Numbered from the stretch's first letter, positions 51,236 through 61,168 are shown. The stretch is DNA of 64,000 nt from Candidatus Altimarinota bacterium (GCA_046314355.1 JBKBWQ010000001.1:288001-352000); one strand, 5' to 3'. Translations and numbers: made by a program. The notes: generated by a model not told the origin, from the letters alone.

Positions 51236-51430
51236 GGCTTTTGAGATGACTACATCCCTTCAAGGTCAAGTGAGAGATATCCTCTCATAAATCCTCTATT
51301 ACTAATGTAATCACCCTCGCATTTTTATGTATATGCTTTCTTGGGGGAACCTAGTTGTTAAAGAACTTATGACAGGATAAGATATCCTGGTCACTTGACT
51401 TCAAGAAGAAATGTTTGTTTCTCTTAAGTC
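51236..51430 (-). ncRNA. Candidate ~195-nt rod-like structured RNA or leader
   Basis: Nested helices of 10, 9, 6 and 14 bp with minus-strand G-U pairs; begins at the predicted TSS. Confidence 0.6.
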
Positions 51431-51436
51431 GAGGGT

Positions 51437-51464
51437 ATTATACATAAACTACTTATCTTGTCAA
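51437..51464 (-). promoter_or_regulatory. Consensus sigma70 promoter
   Basis: TTGACA-16bp-TATAAT. Confidence 0.85.
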
Positions 51465-51607
51465 CATATTTCACAACAATTATTACATTTTGTATATGAT
51501 GCTATATTTTAGCTTCTACCAACGCATTTTATACTTACATTTTTAAAATATTTATAACCTAGATCGAATATTTTAAACTTTTTATATCTTATAGTACAAA
51601 TTTTATT

Positions 51608-51640
51608 ATAAAAAAGCTGCCATAGTATGGCAGCTTTTAT
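51608..51640. terminator. Bidirectional terminator
   Basis: AAAAGCTGCCATA-G-TATGGCAGCTTTT. Confidence 0.8.
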
Positions 51641-51663
51641 TTTACTCAACAGAAAAAGATTAA

Positions 51664-53016
51664 TTAATACTTAATTTCTCCCCATATGATTCCGGAGAAC
51701 TGTCCAAAACTTGTAAGACCCGAAGGCACTAATACAGCTTTTAGATTGAAATTCAGTAATCCAACCTTGTAATCAAACTCAGGTCCAACACCTACCATCC
51801 AAGATTCTGGGTTTTTCAGTCCATACACACCTATTCTTAATGGAACAGGCGCATAAGGTCTTATGCTCGCACCAGCAAATCCTTCACTGCTCCATCCTAG
51901 AAAGGCAGGGTAGAATTCACCACGACCGGTAAACTTCAGCATTCCTTCAAGAGGTGTGACCTCTATCTCAGCAATACCCGCCGGCACAAGACCATAACTT
52001 CCATAATTATACCGTCCTCCGCCCAATAGACGAAGCGTCACAATATCTGAAAACATTGCCTTGCCGCCGATACCAAAGAATGTGGAGGAAAAGTTAGATC
52101 CAAACGCATTTGGAATCTGCGCTGTTCCTCTTATGTCCGCAGCAGGTGCCACAGAAAAATCTTTAGCAACTTCTACTCCTTCCCACCAAGGTAGTGTCAC
52201 CACAGGCGTTTGAGATGGAATAGGTATTGCAGTTGGTGATGCAGAAGGAACAGGGGATTGGGATTTTTGTCTCTCCAATTCTTTTACCTTCTCTTCAAGA
52301 GCTTTTTGTTCCTGCTGCTGCTGTTTCAACTTCCTTTTTATGTCTTCTAACTCCGGATCTTTTGTAGGTACCGGAGTGGGGGTAGCGAGAACTGTAGGTG
52401 TAGGTGTCGCGACAGGTTTAATACAGTTTCTTCCAAGTTCCTTTAGAGCATCATCTTGTAGCCCTTGGATATATTTATGCCCATCAGTTTTATCCACTAA
52501 CTGGGCAGCAAATATTTCCAGAGTACCAGGAGTAAAAAAATAGGTTTTAGCACTTAAACGTGCCTGACCTAAGTCATCGACTACTTGTTGTGTTTCTCCA
52601 AGTAGTTTATAAGTAACGATTAGTTCATATGGTCTTCCCCGATTCTGGGTTCTTACACCTAATACTAATTTTCCATTTACACAGGAAGAAGTAATAGGGT
52701 TTAATTCCATAGGAGTAACCGCAACTTTTTTGATCGGAACCACCGGTGTCTTTTTTACCGCCGGTTTCACAGGAACTTGTTTTTTTACAACAGGTACCTG
52801 CTTGATCACTTTTTTAGGCTGAATCTTTTTGACTCCTGTATTCTTTTTTGAAGAAGCAGGAGCAATTTTTTTAAGAGTATTCTGCTTCGGTTTCACACTA
52901 GGTGTCACCTTTTTCTTAATTACTTCAGCTTTTTTAGCATATGAGATACTAGCAAAAGTAGGAGTAATAAATCCTGCAGCAATCATACATGCCACAACTG
53001 CGTTTCTAAAAGCCAT
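51664..53016 (-). CDS. Secreted protein: K/P-rich N-terminus, PT linker, coiled coil, C-terminal beta-strand-rich (barrel-like) domain
   Basis: Signal peptide; ATPTPT; QQQQEQ coil; Gly/aromatic alternating strands ending GEIKY; AAGGAGG SD. Confidence 0.7.
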   Translation of the reverse strand: MAFRNAVVACMIAAGFITPTFASISYAKKAEVIKKKVTPSVKPKQNTLKKIAPASSKKNTGVKKIQPKKVIKQVPVVKKQVPVKPAVKKTPVVPIKKVAVTPMELNPITSSCVNGKLVLGVRTQNRGRPYELIVTYKLLGETQQVVDDLGQARLSAKTYFFTPGTLEIFAAQLVDKTDGHKYIQGLQDDALKELGRNCIKPVATPTPTVLATPTPVPTKDPELEDIKRKLKQQQQEQKALEEKVKELERQKSQSPVPSASPTAIPIPSQTPVVTLPWWEGVEVAKDFSVAPAADIRGTAQIPNAFGSNFSSTFFGIGGKAMFSDIVTLRLLGGGRYNYGSYGLVPAGIAEIEVTPLEGMLKFTGRGEFYPAFLGWSSEGFAGASIRPYAPVPLRIGVYGLKNPESWMVGVGPEFDYKVGLLNFNLKAVLVPSGLTSFGQFSGIIWGEIKY

Positions 53017-53312
53017 ATACGGCCTCCTTTTTATCTATAATACTTTATTAACGTTTTTATATTCATGTACTTTCAAAAAAATTAATCTTTCCTGTTTGTA
53101 AATGAACATTTGCAATCTGCACGACTTTTAATATCGCCAACTTGCGATATATGTATAATGTACCCTTATATATAAGTCAATAAAAGCAGAGCTATTAGAA
53201 TGTTTTATTGAAACTAAAATACTCTATATGTATAGTTTAACAAAGTTCTGTCGTTCAGCATAGCAGAGAATGACTACTCGAATAGGGAATATAAACCATA
53301 TATCTAATTATC

Positions 53313-53355
53313 TTTATAGTTTATAGTTGACTATAAACTATAAACTATATACAAT
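53313..53355 (+). promoter_or_regulatory. Promoter overlapped by a 15-bp inverted-repeat operator
   Basis: TTTATAGTTTATAGT-TG-ACTATAAACTATAAA; TTGACT-17bp-TACAAT; ATG 7 nt after the -10. Confidence 0.75.
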
Positions 53356-53361
53356 AAGATC

Positions 53362-54345
53362 ATGAAAACACTTACAGGACAAAAAATAGTAGAATATATA
53401 GAAGAGCATTCTCAAGCAACAGCAAAAGAGTTGTCAGAGTTTTTGAATATAAGTCCACAGGCGCTTTTTCGACAGCTTGCAAAGCTGCAGGAACGCGGGC
53501 AGATTACAAAGATAGGAACACCGCCTAAGGTGTTTTATCTACCTGTAACAAAAGGGAAGGAGGCTATCCTGGAAAGCACAGATCTCACCGCTGAAGAAAG
53601 ACAAGTTATTGATACTCAATATATCCACATCACTCCGCTTGGGGAGAAAAAAGAAGGAATAGAAGGCTTTATATACTGGACTGAAAAAACACATCAGCCT
53701 TTTCATAAGACTGCTCATGAATACATTCAGGCTATAAAGAAGTATGACAAATTTAAAGATCATGGACTTATTGATGCGACTTCAAAGCTGCAGAATACTT
53801 TTGAGGAATTTTTTCTAGATAAGCTCTATTATCTAGACTTCTATAGCATTGAACGCTTCGGAAAGACGAAGCTTGGCCAGCTTCTCCTCTACGCAAAACA
53901 AAGTCAGAATATGAGACTAATGAAAGAGCTCATTGCAGTTATTGAACCAAATCTAAAGGAACTTATAGTGAGATGTAATATTGACGCAATAGGGTTTATC
54001 CCTCCGACAGTAAAGCGTGAAACGCAATTTATGAAGGTACTCGAGAGCGCACTCCAGCTCAATATTCACAAGCTGCCTATCATAAAAATAAAATCAGAGA
54101 TTATGGTTCCTCAGAAGACTTTAACAAAACTTGCCGATAGAATAGAGAATGCTCAAAAAACCATGTTCGTTGATACGAAAACAGTATACAATAATGTTCT
54201 CCTTATCGATGATGCGGTAGGGTCGGGAGCAACTCTCAATGAAACAGCTGGTCAGATCCGGAGAAGAGGTCTCTGTACCGGAAAGATTATCGGAGTGGCA
54301 ATCACAGGAAGCCTCAATGGATTTGATGTTATAAGCGAAGTATAA
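53362..54345 (+). CDS. Winged-HTH + phosphoribosyltransferase (ComF-like) protein
   Basis: ATAKELSEFLNISPQALFRQLAKL HTH; VLLIDDAVGSGATLNE PRPP loop. Confidence 0.85.
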   Translation: MKTLTGQKIVEYIEEHSQATAKELSEFLNISPQALFRQLAKLQERGQITKIGTPPKVFYLPVTKGKEAILESTDLTAEERQVIDTQYIHITPLGEKKEGIEGFIYWTEKTHQPFHKTAHEYIQAIKKYDKFKDHGLIDATSKLQNTFEEFFLDKLYYLDFYSIERFGKTKLGQLLLYAKQSQNMRLMKELIAVIEPNLKELIVRCNIDAIGFIPPTVKRETQFMKVLESALQLNIHKLPIIKIKSEIMVPQKTLTKLADRIENAQKTMFVDTKTVYNNVLLIDDAVGSGATLNETAGQIRRRGLCTGKIIGVAITGSLNGFDVISEV

Positions 54346-54368
54346 ATTTTCTTTTTTCTTTTTTTATC

Positions 54369-54677
54369 ATGCAGAAATTACTCCTCATTACCGTTACTGG
54401 TGAGATGAATCCCATAGAGTTTAAAAATCATATCGTCTATAAGGTACAACATTATAATACTCACCTGCTATCTCCCAAACATCCTGAGATCACTGGAAAC
54501 GTAGAGTCGCTCAGCGATGATACTATCCGCATCCGTGCAGAGGGAGAAGAGTCAGACTTGCAGTTTGTGCTTGAACAAGCAAAGATAGGTCCCATCCTCT
54601 CCCATATTCAGAACGTTCATTATGAATGGAAGCCTGCGGGGAACAAGTACAAGCTATTTGGTATTAAAAGAGCTTAA
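54369..54677 (+). CDS. Acylphosphatase-like protein (divergent)
   Basis: ITGNVESLSDDTIRIRAEGEE..KIGP..I.NV fits the fold; the GxVQGVGFR motif is degenerate. Confidence 0.65.
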   Translation: MQKLLLITVTGEMNPIEFKNHIVYKVQHYNTHLLSPKHPEITGNVESLSDDTIRIRAEGEESDLQFVLEQAKIGPILSHIQNVHYEWKPAGNKYKLFGIKRA

Positions 54678-54678
54678 T

Positions 54679-55410
54679 ATGACACTGCATTCTTTTTTTC
54701 TTCCGGGATTTCAAACTAATACTGATGAGACTTCGGTCCTTTCTGAAAAGGCGTATCCTGAATGTTTCCATCAAATCTCTACCGTACTTCGCGCAAAGAA
54801 GGGAACAGAGTTTTACCTGCTGAACAATCTTGGTCAGCGCTATCTTATGCGTATTACGCAGATAGAAAAAAAATCTATGACTGTTCTCTGTATAAAAATA
54901 GAATCAAAGGAAGCTGAGAATACTTTAAGCCTATGGATACCACTCATAAAACTACCAAAACTTGAAGCTGCACTTCAAATGTATACACAATTAGGAGTAA
55001 CTCATTTCAAAATTTTCAGGAGTGATTTTACTGACGAGAAAATAGAAATCCTGTCAGAAGCCAAAAAAGAGAGACTGCTTCGTATAATTACAGAGGCAAG
55101 TGAACAGTCAGAGCGTTTTTTCATTCCTACAATAGAATATCTTCTGACGGATTTTAAAAATGCTGAATACACTGAGAATATCTATGTGGCAGTTGAAAGA
55201 AATCAGCTTCAAAAGCAAGATCACTCAAAGGAATCAATCCGAAGTGTCATGATTGGTCCAGAAGGAGGATGGAGCAGCACGGAAATTACATTTTTCAAAA
55301 AAGACCCAAGGTTTTATCCATTGGATCTTCATTGTACAAATATACTGAGAGCAGAGACTGCTGCGGTGGTGGCAGTAGCATTGAGTCATTCTGAGCGAAA
55401 CGTAGTGTAG
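54679..55410 (+). CDS. rsmE: 16S rRNA m3U1498 methyltransferase
   Basis: TQLGV, EASEQSER, IGPEGGWS, ILRAETAA. Confidence 0.93.
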   Translation: MTLHSFFLPGFQTNTDETSVLSEKAYPECFHQISTVLRAKKGTEFYLLNNLGQRYLMRITQIEKKSMTVLCIKIESKEAENTLSLWIPLIKLPKLEAALQMYTQLGVTHFKIFRSDFTDEKIEILSEAKKERLLRIITEASEQSERFFIPTIEYLLTDFKNAEYTENIYVAVERNQLQKQDHSKESIRSVMIGPEGGWSSTEITFFKKDPRFYPLDLHCTNILRAETAAVVAVALSHSERNVV

Positions 55411-55421
55411 TCGAAGGATCT
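55385..55421. repeat. Fragment resembling the GTCATTCTGAGCG...GTCGAAGGATCT REP-like hairpin family
   Basis: GTCATTCTGAGCGAAACGTAGTGTAGTCGAAGGATCT overlaps the rsmE 3' end; recognised from memory only. Confidence 0.4.
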
Positions 55422-55477
55422 GTATTTGGTAATTACTTAGAGTAATCCCGAAGGCAAATGACCGTGCTGGATGACGA

Positions 55478-56599
55478 TTAAAAGCTCTGCTTCTTGTACC
55501 AGTCCCAATCATAGGAAAGTACAGTAGTATCCCATGGGCGGTAAGATGAGTATACCTTTTTTGCCGTCTGATGAGTAAACTCCTTTCCATCAAATACCTT
55601 ATTTTTCATAAACTCATATTTCTTGGCAAGTTGAACGTTTCCTTTTGCAAGTACTTTAAACTCGTCTGCGTGAAGAGTATAGTAGTTGAAGGTCTCTGCG
55701 AAATCCTCAAAAGGATCAGAGCTTGCATATCCGCTTACAAAACCTTCATTATTTGTAGAAATTTTCTCATTTGAATTCTTCCAAGAGATTGCGTAGAACT
55801 CACTGCTCACATCATCTGTAGCGATAGAAGTATCTCCATCCATAAATCCTGAAGCATTCCCTCGTCCGCTGCCAGTAAAATGTCCAAGATCCACCACATG
55901 TCCAAGCTCATGTATTGCCACTCCTACCAATTCACTATCTTTCATATCGCTTACTCGTAAGATCATTGTATTAGATCCAGCAAGTCCTCTAGGTCCTTCT
56001 GAAGATGTCTTGAGTGTTAGATTTACAAGAGGATTTGTAAACTTTGCAGGAAATTTCTGAAACATTGCAGCAAGAGTCTGTTCTATATGTGCCGTCTCTG
56101 CAGAAGAAAGCTCGTTAGTAGCATCCTGGATAGTAAAATTACGTATCAACTCAGAAAGAGACTTCTGCTTAGTATTATTTACTGTTGCTACCGTTTCCTT
56201 TACTGGTGCTGGAGCATCGACTACTACAGGTGAAGAAGAAAGAATAGTGTTAACAACAGAGACACTTTCTTCCTCTACTATTTCAATTTCATTTTTAGGA
56301 CTCCACTGCGTATCTGGGATTATCTCAATAGGCTGAGGATTGAAACTTATCACTGAAGTATTCTTCTCATCAACTCTCGGCATATTATCAAATATACCTT
56401 CTAGGAGCATATGCACATCAAAGGATGCAATACGCTCACCAAATGTAGGAGCCATACCAAACACACCTCCTAAAGAAGAGCTGTCTGCAACTATCACATT
56501 CTCATTTGCCACTGTATGGAAAGCAACCGGTTCAGTTACACTTGCAATAAGCGTAAAAGAAACTACTGCCGTAAAAATGGTTGTAAGTGTTTTTTTCAC
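55478..56599 (-). CDS. Secreted zinc metallopeptidase (HExxH; lethal-factor/Mx1-like)
   Basis: Signal peptide from GTG 56599; HELGH; YASSDPFEDFAETF; promoter TTGACA-16bp-TATATT at 56731-56704. Confidence 0.8.
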   Translation of the reverse strand: MKKTLTTIFTAVVSFTLIASVTEPVAFHTVANENVIVADSSSLGGVFGMAPTFGERIASFDVHMLLEGIFDNMPRVDEKNTSVISFNPQPIEIIPDTQWSPKNEIEIVEEESVSVVNTILSSSPVVVDAPAPVKETVATVNNTKQKSLSELIRNFTIQDATNELSSAETAHIEQTLAAMFQKFPAKFTNPLVNLTLKTSSEGPRGLAGSNTMILRVSDMKDSELVGVAIHELGHVVDLGHFTGSGRGNASGFMDGDTSIATDDVSSEFYAISWKNSNEKISTNNEGFVSGYASSDPFEDFAETFNYYTLHADEFKVLAKGNVQLAKKYEFMKNKVFDGKEFTHQTAKKVYSSYRPWDTTVLSYDWDWYKKQSF

Positions 56600-56800
56600 A
56601 AAATAAAGGAGAAACAAAATAAAATTCTCTCTCTTTATATGTTTATGTGTGATAGTAAAAGGGAAGCATTGACGAATAGCTTTGACCCCCTGAACGTGAA
56701 AGCAATATATACTTGTTTTACAAAATGTCAATATATTATAGAAAGATATTTATATTATCTTTGAGACAAATATCTCTACACATTTTATATGCTAATTTTT

Positions 56801-56834
56801 CTAAAAAAAGCCTTTGTGTAAAAGGCTTTTTTAG
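56801..56834. terminator. Bidirectional terminator
   Basis: CTAAAAAAAGCCTTT-GTGTA-AAAGGCTTTTTTAG. Confidence 0.8.
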
Positions 56835-56852
56835 ATAAATGATATGAGATCT

Positions 56853-57344
56853 TTATTTTAACAAGTCTCCCAATGCATCAAAAGGACTTGAGGGTCTTTC
56901 TTCTTTTAAATCGCTGAGTCCTTTGCAGTCTTCCTTACAAAGAGGAGCGAGAGGTACCATCAGGAGTATCTCCTGGCGAAGCATTTCATCGATTTCCAGA
57001 GCTCTAAAGGTCATATCTACACGGAATATATCCTCTGCAGCTTCTCCTTTAAATTCTTCAGGAATATGCACATAGTATTCGCGGATTGATGTCTTTCCAT
57101 CCTTTATTTCATAAGGAAACTTTTTTAGGCATCTGCTGCATGTAAGTTCAAGCTTACATTTTATTTCCTTGATTTCCAAAAGAAAGGCATGACTTGCTTT
57201 CAGTACAATGGCATTTCCCGAGATAGGTGAGAGCAGGCGGCTATCCTCATCCTCAAGGTAGTTTTCTGAATATTCAGAAGTAAATTCTTCTTCATATCTG
57301 CTCCCTACATCCTTTCCTAAAATAGTTTTAATTGAAATTCTCAT
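56853..57344 (-). CDS. YceD/DUF177 family protein
   Basis: CSRCL, LRQEILL..P..PLCKEDCKGL, PFDAL. Confidence 0.9.
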   Translation of the reverse strand: MRISIKTILGKDVGSRYEEEFTSEYSENYLEDEDSRLLSPISGNAIVLKASHAFLLEIKEIKCKLELTCSRCLKKFPYEIKDGKTSIREYYVHIPEEFKGEAAEDIFRVDMTFRALEIDEMLRQEILLMVPLAPLCKEDCKGLSDLKEERPSSPFDALGDLLK

Positions 57345-57350
57345 ATTGTA

Positions 57351-58022
57351 TTAGTCTCTACCTGCAAGAAAGAACCGCAGTATAGAGGTAAAAAGATTAA
57401 TAAAATCAAGGTATAGTCCCATAGCCGCACTCAGAAACATTTCATCAGGATACCTTTCCTTTATATTCTGAATATCATACGCAGTATACACGGTGAATAC
57501 AATAATACCCATGATGGAAGCAATCATTTCAAGAATATTTGTCTGTAGAAACATATTCAATACTGAGATCAGAATGATACCGATTACAGATACAAATAAT
57601 ATTCCTCCAAGTGAACTTAGATCTTTCTTAGTGATCCATCCCCAAAGCCCTGCTGCAGCAAAGGTAAATGTAGTTGCAAGCAATGCCTTTAAAATAAGAG
57701 GTATACCTCCTACCGCTCCAGCACTTGCAAGGATCGGGGTAAGTGTAAATCCTGAAATGATGGCAAAAAGAGCAAACAGTATATATCCAAGCGGACGGAT
57801 ACCTTGTACTTTATGTACAGCAATTACTAAACCTAAAGAGACGATAAATGCTCCTATGGTAAAGAATGAATTGAAGAATAATTCCGGAAAACTTAACATA
57901 GTAAAAATACCGAGCCATACACCTCCTGCTGAGAGCAGAATAGCCATAGCAAAGAAAAAGAATACTTTATTTACAAATGCAGCTCTATTTTGAGCTCCTT
58001 GGAATGTTGGAGTTGAATACAT
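57351..58022 (-). CDS. Bax inhibitor-1/YccA family membrane protein
   Basis: Seven TM helices; YDIQNI; LYLDFINLF. Confidence 0.93.
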   Translation of the reverse strand: MYSTPTFQGAQNRAAFVNKVFFFFAMAILLSAGGVWLGIFTMLSFPELFFNSFFTIGAFIVSLGLVIAVHKVQGIRPLGYILFALFAIISGFTLTPILASAGAVGGIPLILKALLATTFTFAAAGLWGWITKKDLSSLGGILFVSVIGIILISVLNMFLQTNILEMIASIMGIIVFTVYTAYDIQNIKERYPDEMFLSAAMGLYLDFINLFTSILRFFLAGRD

Positions 58023-58097
58023 ATCTAATTGAATGAATAATACAACATCTGTAGTCTACAGAGGATTGTGTAAAAAGTCAAAAATGAAGATGAGTAC

Positions 58098-58544
58098 TTA
58101 AGATTGGAAGAAACGCTCAAGTATAATCTGCGCAGCAACAGCGTCTTTTCTTACCTTCCTAAGTTCACGAGGATCTTCCACAAGCATCGCCATTCGATTT
58201 TCAGCCTCTTGGGTGGATACATGTTCATCTATAAAGGTAATGGGGACTTCCGTAAGCCGTGCTAATACGTTTTCAGTATCTTTGATAGCCTTATTTGCAC
58301 GTTCGTTTTGCTGATCCGGCACATAACCTATAACAATTCCTATAATACTCTCTGTATTAAAAATATTATTTAAGAAGGAAAGAAGAAGCTCTTCTTTCCC
58401 ATCCCATTTACATACATCATATGGGTAAGCCATCTTCGATTTCTCTGAGGCAAGCGCAGCACCAATATATTTACTACCTACATCAAGAGCTAAGATTTTA
58501 TCAATCTTAAGAGCTGCGTAGATGTGCTTAGGCCTCTTTGACAT
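58098..58544 (-). CDS. ruvX: YqgF/RuvX pre-16S rRNA nuclease
   Basis: LALDVGSKYIGAA, IDEHVST, DAVAAQIILERF; start uncertain. Confidence 0.9.
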   Translation of the reverse strand: MSKRPKHIYAALKIDKILALDVGSKYIGAALASEKSKMAYPYDVCKWDGKEELLLSFLNNIFNTESIIGIVIGYVPDQQNERANKAIKDTENVLARLTEVPITFIDEHVSTQEAENRMAMLVEDPRELRKVRKDAVAAQIILERFFQS

Positions 58545-58980
58545 TGACTGCGAGTGAAGCATGGATACCTAGACCAAGGTTTACCTTGACGTCGTGTGAT
58601 CCGAGAGATTTAATATGCGTCATGCGTATTTGCTTAGCCTCAACCTCAATTTTATGCTGTTTAAATAATTCCTCTGCAATGTCTTTCTCAGCAATCGACC
58701 CATAAAGAGTCTTTGCATCAGTGGATTTTACCTTAAGCATCAATGGAGAGATACTCTCAATCTTACGCTTCATTTCATCACCATGAGCCTTCATCTCGTC
58801 ACTTTTCTGTGACTGTTTCTTTCTCATCTCCTCAGCTCTCTTTACATCCTGCTGAGTAGGGATCTTACCCAACCCCTGGGGCACAAGATAGTTAAGAGCA
58901 TACCCATTAGATACTTCTACGATATCATGCATATTTCCAATATTTGGGATCTTTTTGAGAAGCAATACTTTAATTTTCAT
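58528..58980 (-). CDS. rplI: 50S ribosomal protein L9
   Basis: KVLLLK..GYALNYLVPQG, LYGSI, IKSLG. Confidence 0.96.
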   Translation of the reverse strand: MKIKVLLLKKIPNIGNMHDIVEVSNGYALNYLVPQGLGKIPTQQDVKRAEEMRKKQSQKSDEMKAHGDEMKRKIESISPLMLKVKSTDAKTLYGSIAEKDIAEELFKQHKIEVEAKQIRMTHIKSLGSHDVKVNLGLGIHASLAVNVKEA

Positions 58981-58997
58981 AGTGCAGATAATTTAAT

Positions 58998-60863
58998 TTA
59001 TAAATTCTTCTTCAGCCATCCGAAGAAATTTCCCATGTTGAATGGTATCTTCAGCATATCAGAGCTCGCAAGATGCCACAATGAAATAGTTTCAAACCGG
59101 TCCTGCGGGAATACAAGATTCTGCCAAAATACATCCTGATATTTCTTGTCTATGGCGTCATAGGTACTTGGCTGGAAGAGAAAAATAGCCGGGATTTCAT
59201 CAGTAAAGATCTTCGTAAGATCGGTAATGTGTTTGGAAATGTACTCCTCCGCTGCATCATCTAACAGCCCACTTGGCGGATTTCTCATTTCTTCGATGAG
59301 AATATCAGCATTCGAGTTCTTAAAATTCGAAAGGTTATATCCTCTTTTGTTAGCCTGACTTGAATGCCAGTATGAAAATATATCTTGGTCATATCCAAGT
59401 TCTTGTCCTAACAGGATGATATCGTAATCTCTATTCGTAATAATTGTAGGTATATCCTTTGTCTCTTTTACCTGAACATCGATATCAGCTCCGATGATTT
59501 CCCAATCCTTTTTAATAGTCTCAGCAATATCTCCTAAGTATTCAGGACTTCTTGCCACCACAAGCTTCAGCTTTAATGGAGCTCCTTTATCATTATAGCG
59601 AACGGATTTGAAGTTATTCACAAGATCCACAAGACGGGTACCTGAGAGGGTCAGATTCTCAAGTAATGCGCCCGTAGATGTATCCCTAACACCTACTAGG
59701 GCACCTGTACCAACTCTTTTTATAAGTACATCCTCACGCTCTCTCACACTCTCTTCACTAGGGAATTTCCAGCCTGCATCAAAGAGAGATCCTCTCGCTC
59801 TATCAAGACTATATTCATTCGTCCATGATGCTTCCTGCTGCTGTAGAAAAGGTGTGTTTACAGGATTGAGAAACTCATACTTCTGCATGATTTCATTTCG
59901 AGATACACTTACCTGAAGGGCAAGTCTGGTACGCCAGTTCTTTAGGGCATCTTTGTCCATATTGAGAAAGGCAGCAAAGTATCTTGGAGAATTAATTTCC
60001 ACTGTGTTAAAGCGGTCTGCTTTACGGATTTCCGATACTTCATCCTGAGGAATATCCTTGATACCTTCTAAAGCATCTTTTTGAGTCAAAAGTCTCTCAA
60101 AGTCAGGAAATACTTCTAGAGTTACTTTCTCAAGATAAGGTTTCACTCCATAATATTCTGCATTTCTTTCTAAACTAATAATTTGCGCATCTAAGCCATT
60201 TTGTACATGCAGCATACCATCTGAGGCAGCTTTATAAGGACCGCTTCCCACAGGACTGAAATTTACAGAGCTCTGAGCTATATTTTCAAGACTAACACTT
60301 GACCATATATGCTCCGGAAGGATACCTACAGTGGTCGCGGTAGGGAAGAAATAATATGCCTTTGGTAAAGTAAACTTTACAGTCATATCATCCACCTTAT
60401 CTACCTTTACATCAGCAAAACGCTTTTTGAGCGTCGCATTTGGAAATGCCGGATCAAGGATAAGTTTATACGTAAAGAGAACGTCATCTGCATTGATCTG
60501 CTCTCCGTCATGCCATTTGGCATTGGGATTAATAAAGAAGGTATATTCCTTTTTATTTTCAGATACTTGATATGTAGCCAAGTCTGGAACCATCTTCTGC
60601 TGCTTTGGGTCATATTTTGTAAGACCACTATAGAGCAATCTTACAATATCCTGATCTGCAGATCCATTTACAGCAAAAAGAGGATTAGGAGTACGTACGC
60701 TTCCCACTAAACCTTCCTTGTAGCTCCCTCCGACAGTAGGACTGTGAATACTATTATCCTTATGAAAAAGATAAATAAGATGTCCAGTAGTGAGAAGAAA
60801 GAGAGCAACGCAAAGCACGAGTATCCTCGTGCTTGTAAAAAAATCTCGATAAGAAGAACTCAT
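58998..60863 (-). CDS. Peptide ABC transporter substrate-binding protein (SBP family 5)
   Basis: GGSYKEGLVG, NPLFA, PDLA, KWHDG..ADDVLFTY, PVGSGPY, YWHSSQ. Confidence 0.9.
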   Translation of the reverse strand: MSSSYRDFFTSTRILVLCVALFLLTTGHLIYLFHKDNSIHSPTVGGSYKEGLVGSVRTPNPLFAVNGSADQDIVRLLYSGLTKYDPKQQKMVPDLATYQVSENKKEYTFFINPNAKWHDGEQINADDVLFTYKLILDPAFPNATLKKRFADVKVDKVDDMTVKFTLPKAYYFFPTATTVGILPEHIWSSVSLENIAQSSVNFSPVGSGPYKAASDGMLHVQNGLDAQIISLERNAEYYGVKPYLEKVTLEVFPDFERLLTQKDALEGIKDIPQDEVSEIRKADRFNTVEINSPRYFAAFLNMDKDALKNWRTRLALQVSVSRNEIMQKYEFLNPVNTPFLQQQEASWTNEYSLDRARGSLFDAGWKFPSEESVREREDVLIKRVGTGALVGVRDTSTGALLENLTLSGTRLVDLVNNFKSVRYNDKGAPLKLKLVVARSPEYLGDIAETIKKDWEIIGADIDVQVKETKDIPTIITNRDYDIILLGQELGYDQDIFSYWHSSQANKRGYNLSNFKNSNADILIEEMRNPPSGLLDDAAEEYISKHITDLTKIFTDEIPAIFLFQPSTYDAIDKKYQDVFWQNLVFPQDRFETISLWHLASSDMLKIPFNMGNFFGWLKKNL

Positions 60864-61085
60864 TTATTGTGTGATAAATGCAAAGAGAAGAGAATTGACA
60901 ACAAGAAGTACTGCAAGAATAACCGTTGCAATAAAAAGAAATTTTTCAGCACCTCTTTTTGTGCTATATACATTTCCGTCACCTCCAAAGGTTTCAGAAA
61001 GACCTACACCTTTACTCTGCATAAGGATGGATACACAAAGCAGGAGTGAAATAACAATCTGCGCAACAACGAGTACAGTTTTCAT
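60864..61085 (-). CDS. secG: Preprotein translocase subunit SecG
   Basis: ILMQSKGVGLSETFGG, RGAEKFL; two TM helices. Confidence 0.95.
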   Translation of the reverse strand: MKTVLVVAQIVISLLLCVSILMQSKGVGLSETFGGDGNVYSTKRGAEKFLFIATVILAVLLVVNSLLFAFITQ

Positions 61086-61168
61086 GACTTTATGGAAATG
61101 ATAATGCTTAAAACACTTATTAGTTTAGAAATTTTTTGATGAAGTGCAAGGCTTTCGTCTTTTTGAGC

